From positions 620,001 through 684,000 of the forward strand of contig CP075494.1 of assembly GCA_021613535.1 (NCBI GenBank): a stretch of 64,000 nucleotides of DNA, read 5' to 3'. The notes below the pieces were generated by a model, which was given only the letters and a program-made list of their open reading frames with translations, did no database searches and was not told the DNA's origin. The stretch's first letter is position 1, and each line of letters begins with the position of its first letter. Below are positions 50,412 to 62,297 of this stretch, piece after piece. The translations under genes and the position numbers were made by a program. Origin of the DNA: Adineta vaga. Lineage: Eukaryota; Animalia; Rotifera.

Positions 50412-52849
50412 CATTTTTAAAATGATCTTAAGGTGTCAACTCTTACTAGAATTAGTTTGACGAAGTTCAATCTCAAGGGAATAAAAAGTTACAGATAAGC
50501 GGTGTTAGTATATGGGATAGAAGAAGTGTGAAAAATAAAATTTAAAAGGAAAAGAAATCAATCGGTGGGAAACAACTGATTTTGTCATTTGAATGTTGAC
50601 AAAAGAAATAATGTTCAGCCGATCTTGGTTGTCTCAACTTTTTTCTGAAACTAAACTGTTCATAGCACTTCCTTCTGATCGATCTTTAGAGTATCCATCT
50701 ATTACTACGTTTACGCACTGGATTATTATGTTACACGGAAGTGAGGGATGAAAAAATTTCAAACACAACCCTCTCTACGTCTCCTGTCGTTTTGTGAGAT
50801 ATGAATTTTTCAGTCTGAATGATTCTGGGCCATCATCAGGTATCTCCGCTAGTAAATCATAAAAACTCACACTTCCTATTGATAATGCATAATCTTTAGC
50901 TACCCATCGACATTTATTCAACATAAATCTCTCAAATATTTTTCTGAATACGTAGCTAAATCAATATTTTCACCATTCATTCACCACTACAATTACAAGA
51001 AGTCAGTCTCGATACTTGACATATAAATGCCGATCAGTTATAGGTAAAAGCAAAATAGAAGCTACAGAACCCAGAACCACAACACAACATGAGCTAGTAC
51101 GTCTATGACCTAATCAAACACAACTTCAAAAACAAAATCATCAAACGTGAGTCTCACAGAAATACGTACATATAATTCAACAGTTTTTCTTTATGCCAGA
51201 AATAAATTAACCTATCTTATACATCCTTCTAATCCTTATGGCAACATAAGAAGAAAACGCAACGATCAAATAACAAACTGCATCAAAACCAACAAAGTAG
51301 ATCTAATATTGAAATAAATCTATCTTTCATCAACATAGTTTTAACCATGTATATCCCATTATTCTAAGCAGCACAATCAGTTTTCTCCAATTAAATATTA
51401 AATCACATCTTCATATACCAATAAACTAAATTAACGATACATTTTACCTAATCCGATTGAATTAATTTGAAAAAAGACTCATATCAATAATTTTTCTTCT
51501 TTTCGAACTACTCAATACCTAACTTTCAACCATATAATGCACCTCGTGTATATCAAATACGTATAGGTTATGGTAGATGCTCACACCACAATGAACGAAT
51601 TTTATCAATATTTTTTTTTTCTTTTTTTAAGGAATTATACATCAGTATATATTGATTTTGTGATTTTATGCCATCTGAAGATCTGCGTAGCTGCTCACAA
51701 CCACATCCTCAACAGTTCATACGACGATTTATGTAATAAGCTTCATATACGGTTAAAAAATGATTTCGTATGCATTGTACTTACATTTACCTCTTCTTTT
51801 TATTTTTTCTTATTACACTCGTTCATACACTCTCATTTAAATCTACCCCCACAATACGTCACGATATACAACATAGCTTCTCTATAAATAGTATATGTGG
51901 GGAATATCCCATATATTTATATCCCGAGTGCACTAGGATACATGACGTAGTATCTTTATAAATAGTATATATGAGCAATATACCACACACGTGACCGCGT
52001 CGATCGTATTCTCTCCTCGCTTCACTTAATCACGTTGATTCAACGAACAAAACATCTTCTTTTCTAGGTATATTTTGATAAAGCAACAGAACGAAAAAAA
52101 AATACAATCGATATTCTTAGTAAGAAGAGAATTTCGATAGATATTGATAATTTCTTATTTTCTTTAAAAATTCATATGCAAATATAACTGATTTGCGTGC
52201 AAAATGTTATGAACAAAACGTGAAAATTTGATCTTCAATCAAACATTTTTTTGTTGAGACGCTGTTTAATTTTAATCGTACGAAATTTCGAACTCTCATA
52301 TTTGAATTATCTTAGCCTACTCTAACGAATGAATTTCATCAAGGCAAATATGTTTACTTCTGCCTATATAAAATATTCAAATTATTATTGAATTTATTTT
52401 TTTCTAATAAGTTTAATAGTTTTAAATGAAACAGTATAATTCTTTTATCTTCTATTGATCATAATTAATAGGAAGAGATTCATTTTAAATAATATTGACT
52501 TTATAATATCGTAGATAGTTCGTATAATTAATTTTATCTATCATCTATAAACTAAAATATATTTTTTTCTTTTCTGTATATGATCAACTTTTCTTCATTA
52601 CTAGACCGTCTCAAGAAATAAAAAATAATATCTATTTGATCTGTTTAACGTAACTTTGCTCATATTTTAATCGCTCAGTATTCCCCATCCCCACTCATAA
52701 TGACGTCATTTTTTGTTTTCTCCATTCGTATTGATGTCATAATTCCCCATCTTTTATCTTACCTGTATGATACATAATATCCCCTCTCACGTAAATAATC
52801 GTCGTTCTTCTCATTCAATGAAAATCGTCATATGAGTCAAAAGAATGAA

Positions 52850-52872
52850 CGAGAGAGAGAGAGAGAGAGAGA
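52850..52872 (+). repeat. (GA)n microsatellite upstream of the PKS, followed by a TATA-like tatataaaa near 52900
   Basis: Direct reading. Confidence 0.7.
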
Positions 52873-53282
52873 AGGAGGAGGAGGATAAGGACAAACAGTT
52901 TATATAAAAGCCCCTGGAGTATCGATAGAATGTATTAGTTATTATATGATGAATTTAGTCCTTTGTACATTATACATTTACTAGAATTTTGAATATAAAT
53001 AACATTTGAATAAATAGTGATATTATACGCTCAACCAATCGCAAAGGTATAGTAAATGACGTAGTATTAAGAATAAGAATACTTTGTATAAAAAATCATG
53101 CTGGAGAATATGTGAAATGATTTATTTGAAGAAGAGATAATTGGATCTTTTGTCTTCTTCGTATATTTTAATCTAATCTATTATGTACTTATGTATTTCT
53201 TGTTTTAGATCTCAGAATCTATTACGCTTTATTCTTCTACTTTCTTTATACATTACTTTATTGTAAATTTTAATTATTCAAC

Positions 53283-56200
53283 ATGACTTCCAAAATTATT
53301 GCTCAAGAACCGATAGCTGTTGTAGCTATCGCATGTGAATTTGCTGGAGATATACATTCGGCAACAGATTTATGGCATGTATTAGAACAGAGTAAAGATG
53401 TTGGCAGTGCTATTCCACAAGAACGTGCTGATCTTGCCTCATTTAGTGCTCATATGGTCAATCAAGATAAGGATAATCAACTTAGTCAAAATTTAATTCG
53501 TGGAGGTTATTTTCTCTCTAATGCACAATGGGATACCTTTGAGCAAAGTTTTTTTGGTCTTTCCAATAATGAAGCTCTTAGTATGGATCCAGCACATCGT
53601 CTACTTATGCTTAAATTTGTACATTTAATCGAAGATGCTGGTTATACCTTAGAAAAGATGTATGGTTCACGTACATCAGTACATATTGGTCAATTCTCCA
53701 CAGATCAAGCACTTACTATGTGTCGAATGAAACCCGAATTTCGATTACGATTACATGGACCAAATGCAAGTCTTTACAATGCAGCTGCTCGACTTGCATA
53801 TCATTTTAACTTGAATGGTCCTAATGTGTCACTAGATGTTGCTTGTTCGTCATCATTAGAAGCTGTTCGTCAAGCTATACAAACTCTTCGAGCAGATGAA
53901 GCAGATATGGCAGTATGTGGTGGTGTCAATGCTGTCTATACACCAGAGAATATACTTAGTGGTTCACTTATTGGTGCTCAGTCACCAGATGGAAGAAGTC
54001 GATCATTTAGTATTGATGCAAATGGTTATGCTAAAGGTAATATTCATATTTATTATATAAGTTTAGATATTATTTTAATGATCTATTTTAGGTGAAGGTC
54101 TTGGTCTTGTTTTACTGAAACGACTAAGCGATGCTGAACGTGATGGTGATCGAATCTATTGTATTTTACGTGATGTTCATAGTCATCATGATGGAAGTGA
54201 AGGCAAGACTAATTTTGTTATACCATCTGGTATTGGACAGACACGTCTTCTTGCTGATATTTATCGACGAAGTGAAACAGATCCTAAGAGTGTTTTCTAT
54301 GTGGAAGCACATGGTACTGGTACACCAGTAGGTGATCCCATTGAAGCAAATGCTTTAGGTCAATTCTTCCATCGTTCATCAATAGATCCTCCGTTACTCA
54401 TTGGATCTATTAAAAGTAATCTTGGACATACAGAAGGTGCAGCTGGTATTGCTGCTCTTATTAAAGTTGCAATGTGTATGCGTCATCGTGCTATTCCACC
54501 AAACATGCATTTCACAGCACTCAATCCAAAAATTGAAGCACAACGATATAATCTACATGTTGTTCAACATTATGTACCATTTCCATCTGTAACAAACAAT
54601 CCAATTATTATAGGTATCAATTCTTTCGGCATGGGTGGTAATACGACGCATGCCATTGTCGAAGAATATCGACCGCAACAGAAAAAATTATTGAATGAAT
54701 TTGATCACAATCATAATAATCAAAACAAACTTGAACTTAAACAATCCTTTGTTTTTCTCTTCTCGAGTAAGTTCAAATTTTTCTATTCGTATTCATTATT
54801 TTCTTGTTTTATTTAGCAAAAAGTCAAGAATCACTCGTCAAACAAGTCGCACAATTCAATATATGGTTACAAGAAATGTCTGACAAGATAAACGATGATT
54901 CTGATACTTTCCTTGCTCGCATATCTAAACAACTTCTTCTCAAACGCACAATCAGCTATGAACATTTAGCCATTTTTATATCTACTGATCTTGCACAGTT
55001 ACAGAATCAAATCGATGCTTTTCTTGCTCAAAAAAATGCATCTGGACTTCTTCTCACTACACGTCCAATGTTATCATCAAGAAAAATTTGCTTTGTCTAC
55101 AGTGGTCAAGGACCTCAATGGTGGGCAATGGGTCGTCAATTATACAAGAATGAACCAGTCTTTCGTCAGTGGATACAACGAATCGATGCTGAATTCACAA
55201 AAATCAATGAAGATAAATGGCAATTATTAGATGAACTTATGGAGACAAAAGATGAAAAGACATCTCGTATTAATGATACCAATATCGCTCAACCTTCTAT
55301 ATTTGCTATTCAAGTTGCTCTAACTGCTCTTCTCAACTCGTGGCAAATCTTTCCTGATACTATCGTATCACACAGTGCTGGAGAACAAGCAGCTGCTTTT
55401 GTTTCAGGTCGTATTACATTAGAAGAAGCTATTCGTATCGTTTATAATCGATCACGTCTTCAAAATCGTAACACTCGTCAAGGTGGTGGTATGTTAGCTG
55501 TCTCTATGAGTGAAGAACAAGTGAAAGATGACCTTCTTAAAGGTATAGAACATCTTGTCTCAATTGCTGTCATCAATAGTCCACATTCTGTGACATTGAG
55601 TGGAGATGAGAAAATAATTGATGAATTGTTTGAAATTCTTACAACATTTCATCCAAATGTGTTCAAAGCGCGACTTCGTATTGAAAATGCTTTTCACTCA
55701 CATCAAATGGATCTATTTAATATTCAGAATGAAATGCTTTCAACACTTGGCGATATTTCAGGTCTTCCTTTACAAGATCCACAACAAATGTTCAACGTAC
55801 AATGTAGTAAAGCTCGTCTATACTCAAGTGTCTATGGTGGCTATGTAAATGATCATACACCATTAAATGCTCGTCATTGGTGGGCTAACGTTCGAGAATG
55901 TGTTCGATTTTACGATGCAATGACAACTATAATTCAAGACGATGCTGCAGATATCTTTCTTGAAATTTCACCTCATCCAGTATTGGCTACATCAATTGAT
56001 GAATGTTGTGAATTACATTCTTTGAAACATCTTATTCTTCCAACATTGAAACGAAAGGAAGATGAACAAACAACATTACTTACAAGTCTTACTCAACTCA
56101 CTTCATCACCAATTGTTTGGCAACATTATCTTGAATCTCGAGAAATCAAATCCACTGATAATGATAGTGAACTTTTTGAAACATTTCCATCATATGCTTT

Positions 56201-59200
56201 TAATACAACTTCTTGCTGGTACGAATCCAAAGATTCAGTCATTGAACGTCTTTCTTATCGTCTTCCCAGTCATCCACTTCTGGGCATTCGTCAATGGACT
56301 CAACAGACTAATCCAACATGGAGAAGTCTCATCAATATCAATCTTCCTCAACACGCCTTCTTAAAAGATCACAAAATTCAAGATGCTATCTTATTTCCAG
56401 CTAGTGGTTACATTGAATTAGCATTAACTGCCAGTCGTCAATTACTTTCATCGACTGACGATTCTCAATCAATTATTGTCTTCGAACAAGTTGAATTCAT
56501 TAATGCACTCGTTCTTACTGAACATGAATTGACAGAAATATTCACTCAAATAGTAATGCCAATGCGTGAATGGTTTATAATACAGTCGACCATGGACAAC
56601 AGCTGGTCAAGATTGTATTCGTACATCAGGCATGTCAGGTGTTGATGTTCTTAAATCATTCACTGATACAAAATTACTTAATCAACATTCATTAAACGAA
56701 TTTACACTTCATGCTCGAGGTCAAATTAAGATAGGTGATGACAAACAACAATTACCACTTCTAACTGATGTACCCATTGATCGTGATTTATGTTCTACAC
56801 TTGAACCAGATAATGTCTATAAACATCTAATGTCACGTGGTTATCAGTATGGATCTTTATTTCGATTGATACAATCACTTCATAACACACAATCAATTGT
56901 CGAAGGTGAAATTGATTGTACTATAGCCAGTCAAGATAATGTTCCAGTCTATAATCTAATTCATCCAGCTGTCCTCGATGCCTGTTTACATCCAGCTTTA
57001 GCTATATTACCTGGAATTTCTACTACTTTTATTCCAGTTTCTATTAATAAGATAACTATATATGGAGAAATATCAACGTTAAATTCACCAGTACAAGTTC
57101 GTGCAGCCTATCATGATAACATTTGTGGTATAGCTAAGCAACGAACGTATGAATTTGATTGTACGATTTGTTCAAATGATACAGAAATGAGAAAACCTTT
57201 AATCAGTTTTGATCGTATTACAATTCAGCAAGTACAAGGTTCACAGTCCGGCCTATGGGCATCAAACACATCCGTGTTCGATAAATTGAATATATTAGTA
57301 GATTTACCAAATCAAGAACTCACTACACATCTTGATACGATCATGAACAATTATTGCTTAAAAACAGTGTGGAATGATGAACGAATAAGAATTGGTGCAG
57401 CTGATCTTCTACCATCAACTGAATACATTATTAAGACTCACATTGATTCTACGGGTAATGAAGATCTAATTGAATCTATTGAACCGTTAAATCTACTGGC
57501 TGCATATTATGCTCAAATGGCTCTTGAAGATTTGACACTTGTTCCTATTCAAGAACAACAACAAGAATCACTTTTAGCTGCATGTCGTTCTCTTACCTTT
57601 CATTCGAAAGCAAAACCAACATATCATTCAACCCAGATCTATCTCATGCAATTGTTGCGTCAATTTCCACGTCTTACACCAATTTTGTCTGTTTTGTCTA
57701 CTTGTGGACAAAATCTCAGACAAGTCCTCAATGGACAATACGATGGAATCGATGTACTATTGGGTAATGAAAAGATGGAATCGGAATTGCAAGAAATTCA
57801 ATCACTCATATCTTCTCATCAAACATATTTCATTTTTGATATTCTTAATCAATATCTTCAAGAAAAATTTGGTAAAATATTAGCTGAACGTAAACTTCGC
57901 ATATTCTGGTTAGGCAGTGGTAACAATTCGGATGATCTACGAGTATTTCTTCTTTTACTTGATTTATCAGAAAAAACAGATATATTAATCGACATAAACT
58001 ATACAAACTCGAATCCACATGTACTTGAACAAGTTGAGAAAACTTTCACTACGCAATTGAAAGATCAAAATCGAATACGTATAATCTATGATGACAAATT
58101 TGACTTATTCAACAATGAAAATAACAAAAATATGATCGTCGAATCATACGACATTATATTTGGTGCTAATAAATTACAAGGCAATCAAGATTTATCATAT
58201 TCACTTGTTATTCTTCGTCAACTACTCGTTCCTAATGGTCTTCTTCTTCTACTGGAATTAACTGATGCTCCACTTTACTTCGATATTATCTATGGTTTAA
58301 TAGATCAATGGTGGTCTCCAGTCGATCACCGACGTGCTCTACTCAATATTAATCAATGGACAAGAAGTATACGAGAAATAGATGGATTTGAAACTGTTCA
58401 AACTCGAAATACATCATTTGGTAACTCATTTATTGTAGTCCAAAAATCGACGTCATCTAAAGTTTTAACTATGCTCGAAGAACGACAAAGTCAAGCATGG
58501 CTTATTTTTGACGATGATAGTACACCTAGTATGGGAAACGCACTAAAATCTCTCTTGCCATCTGTTAACATCACATTGTTACATGCATCTAATTCAAGTT
58601 CCGACAATATTTGTTCTAAAATTGAAGAAATGATGACAACATATGCGCAGGTACATATCGTTTTTGCTTGGTCACTGAATCAAAAATCAATCAATGATGA
58701 CAGTGAAATGGCAATTGCACAATATGAAACAAATATATGTGATACATTTATTCATATTCTTCAAACAATACAAACAGCAGAACCACAGTCGCATCCATTT
58801 GTATATGTTCTTACACAAAATGTTCAACCTGGTGCTGGTAGCGATTTAAACCCAATTGGTTCACCACTTATTGGTCTTGCACGTAGTCTTGCTCTTGAAT
58901 ATGAACAACATCATTTAAAACTTATTGATTTACAATCGAAATCATCACCAGCCATGATACCATCTCTTGTTCGTACACTTACCGAACATCTCATAACATC
59001 TAGATATGCAGATGATCTTGATGAAATTGTTCTTCAACACGATAAACAAACTGATACTATTCATCGCTTGGAATGGCATTATGAAATGCTTCAAGAAGAA
59101 CAAGATATTAACGAATCAGTCAAATCAGAACAAACGACAATTATTCCACACAACGATGCCGATCAACAACCATTTCGTCTTCAAGTCGCTCCATCTCGTT

Positions 59201-61929
59201 TTCTGGATGATTTAACATGGGTACCCGATGTAAAGAAAAACATACTACATACTGACAAAATAGAAGTTCGTGTACATTGTGTTGGTATCAACTTTCGAGA
59301 TGTTCTTAAATCGAGTGGTCGCTATCCATATATGCGTCCCTTTGCACAAACTAGCAATGATCAAGCTATGGTTGATCGTGATACAGAACCTGGTATTGAT
59401 TTTATCGGTACTGTTGCACGTACTCATTCAAACGAGAAAGTAAAAGTAGGCGATCGTGTTTTTGGTATGGCACCAGGTGTATTTCATTCCCATGTACATC
59501 TTAGTCCTAATGAATATGTCCGCATCCCAGACGATTGCAATCACTTTACTGATGAACAATTAGCTGCTTTACCAAATGCTTGTATGACTGTTCTATATTC
59601 ATTAAAATATCGTGTTAATCTACAACCTGGTCAAACTGTACTTGTACACGCAGCAACCGGTGGTACCGGTCAAGCTTGTATTCAATATTGTCAGTCAATT
59701 GGCGCTCGAGTTCTGGCTACTGCAGGCACTGATGAAAAACGACGATTTCTTCGTGAACACTATGGTATTGAACACGTATTTAATAGTCGAGATCTTTCAT
59801 TTGTAAATGGTGTACGTGCGCTTTTACCTAATGGAGTTGATATCATTGTTAATTCGTTGTCCGGTTCTTTTCTTCAAGAATCAGTAAAATTACTTGCCTC
59901 ACAAGGTCATTTTATTGAATGGGGAAAACGAGATTTATTTGACAAGAAAAAATTGTCTATGTTCGATCTACGTGATGATTGTAGTTTCCATGTTATCGAT
60001 ATTACTTCACTGTATGTTCATCGTCGCGATATCTTCGGACAATTAATTGAAGAACTTTTACAATTGATTATCAAAGGCGTTTTCAAACCAATTGAACCAA
60101 CCAAAGCATATGAACCATCAGATATCATTGACATCTTTAAACAATGTAATAATGGTCAGATGAGTGGTAAATTTGTTCTTCGTCTTACTAATTCTCAACA
60201 ACCATTAAATTTAAACTGTCAATCACCTCCACAATGCACAGAAGGTAGTGTTTACTTTTCTTATTTCTAATGAATCTATAATATTTCACTTTTTTTTCTC
60301 GTTCTAGAAGAAGATCCAATGTTTCCATTTGAAGTATGTCATCAAGGTACAATTTTAATTTCGGGTGGTTGTGGTGGTCTCGGTCTCACAATGTCTCGTT
60401 GGATGATAGAAAAACGTTGTGTCAAACGTTTGACGCTTATGAGTCGACGAACAGTAGCACAAATTGAACAAGAAGACAATCCTGAATATGGAGAGTGGCA
60501 ACGATTACAACAGGCAGCAAAAAAATACGATGCTCATATTGATTTAGTTCAAATTGATGTCACTAATTTTGAAGATGTTCGTAATCTAATCGAACAACTT
60601 AGTCAAACACCTTATCCCATACGTGGTATCATTCATAGTGCAGTAGTTCAAGAAGATCGAAGTTTGGGAAAATTATCACAAGAAAATCTTATACATGTCT
60701 TAGGACCAAAAGCTCGTGGTGCTTGGAATCTTCATCGAGCATCAGAACTTGCTGCTCCTTCACTTCATTTCTTTGTTCTCTTCTCATCGATTCGTAATCA
60801 TATGATCGATCTAGCATCAGGTGGATACAATGCTGGCAACCAATTTCTCGATATTCTTGCTCGTTACCGTGCTGAAAAACTCAATTTACCCGCTCTTTCA
60901 GTCAGTTTGCCTGCAGTGAGTGGTGCTGGCATGTTTCATCGACATCGTGAAATGCTGACAAGTTTACAAAATACATCAGGTTTTGAATTGGTACCTACAG
61001 TTGGTGTATTTGAACTTATCGATCGATTTCATGTCAATCAAAAGTCTTGTCCATGTCCAATTATCTTTGCCGCCAATTGGAAACAATTATATGAAAATCG
61101 AGATAAATTAGTTACACATCAACTACGCAAAATAGCAATACAACAATATACAATTGCAAATGGTTCGTCAATGTTAACTATTTCATCGGATGATGTTGAT
61201 TCATTCGATTCGATCTATGATAAGTTAGAAACCATTGTCGAGCGAACACAAATTACCGTTGCTCGACTCTTGGGTGCAAGCAGTAATGATCAAATTTCTC
61301 TCGATCGTTCCCTTGTCAGTCAAGGTATGGACTCATTAGCTGCTGTATCACTTTACAATTGGTTAGGACAAGAGACAAACATATTTATTCCATTAGCTGA
61401 TCTTCTTCAAGGACTTTCAATACAAACTATTGCCGAACAAGTACATAAGAAGCTTCATAAAAAAAAACGAACAGATACAGAATCAAATGACTCCGGAATT
61501 GATTTTCATATTGAATCGATTGAAGATAATGAAACGAATTTATCCAACAATTTATCTTACACTGGTACAGAGAATATTCTATGCATACGACGTCCAATTA
61601 ATTCTGAATGTCCCATTCTCTTCTATATCTTACCAAATTCTACTTCCGACAACACTCATATGCCAGAAATAATCGTGGAAAAGATATCAAAAAATAATAA
61701 TTCTCCTTTACCAGCTGCCATTTATACTATTAATAAACCACAAGCATCGATGACCAAAGACATAACAAAAATCGCGAATATGATGATCGCTCAAATGCGT
61801 CGAATTCAACCATATGGACCTTATAAATTAGTGACTACACGTGGTGAACAAGGGGAAGTGGTCGCTGGTGAGATGACGAATCAACTCAAACGACATTCAG
61901 TTGATTCCACCATTCAACTACTTTCGTAA
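53283..61929 (+). CDS. Highly reducing type I polyketide synthase KS-AT-DH-(psi-MT)-ER-KR-ACP-(psi-TE), 3 introns and one frameshift near 56580
   Basis: Exons 53283-54036, 54092-54766, 54817-60244 and 60308-61929. KS DVACSSS/HGTGT/KSNLGH; AT GQG/SHSAG/AFHS; DH HKIQDAILFP and HPAVLD; ER LVHAATGGTG; KR GGCGGLG/YNAGN; ACP GMDSL; TE-like QPYGPY. Confidence 0.93.
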
Positions 61930-62297
61930 TGATATAATGGAATAAATTGGATATGGATGAACTATTGGTAAAAAAAACTTGTATACGATATGCTACACCT
62001 ATCCATTTGGATTACAGAGTTTGCATTCGTATGAAATATCATGTTTTGTTTTTCTTTGTTTTGAAAGAACAAATGTTGTTCGTTTCTTTCTGTGTAATTT
62101 GATTTGTAACTTTCATTTGTATATTCTATTGTTGCTTTTTTTTAAATCTTTTATTTTCAATGATTTAAAAATCGTTTTCTTTTCTTTAACTCAATATATT
62201 ATTCTTTATTTATAAAACTTATCCTTTTTTTTATAGATACTCTTTTAATTATCAATTCTTCAAACTTGAATTCAATAATAATTATTTATTTATAATT

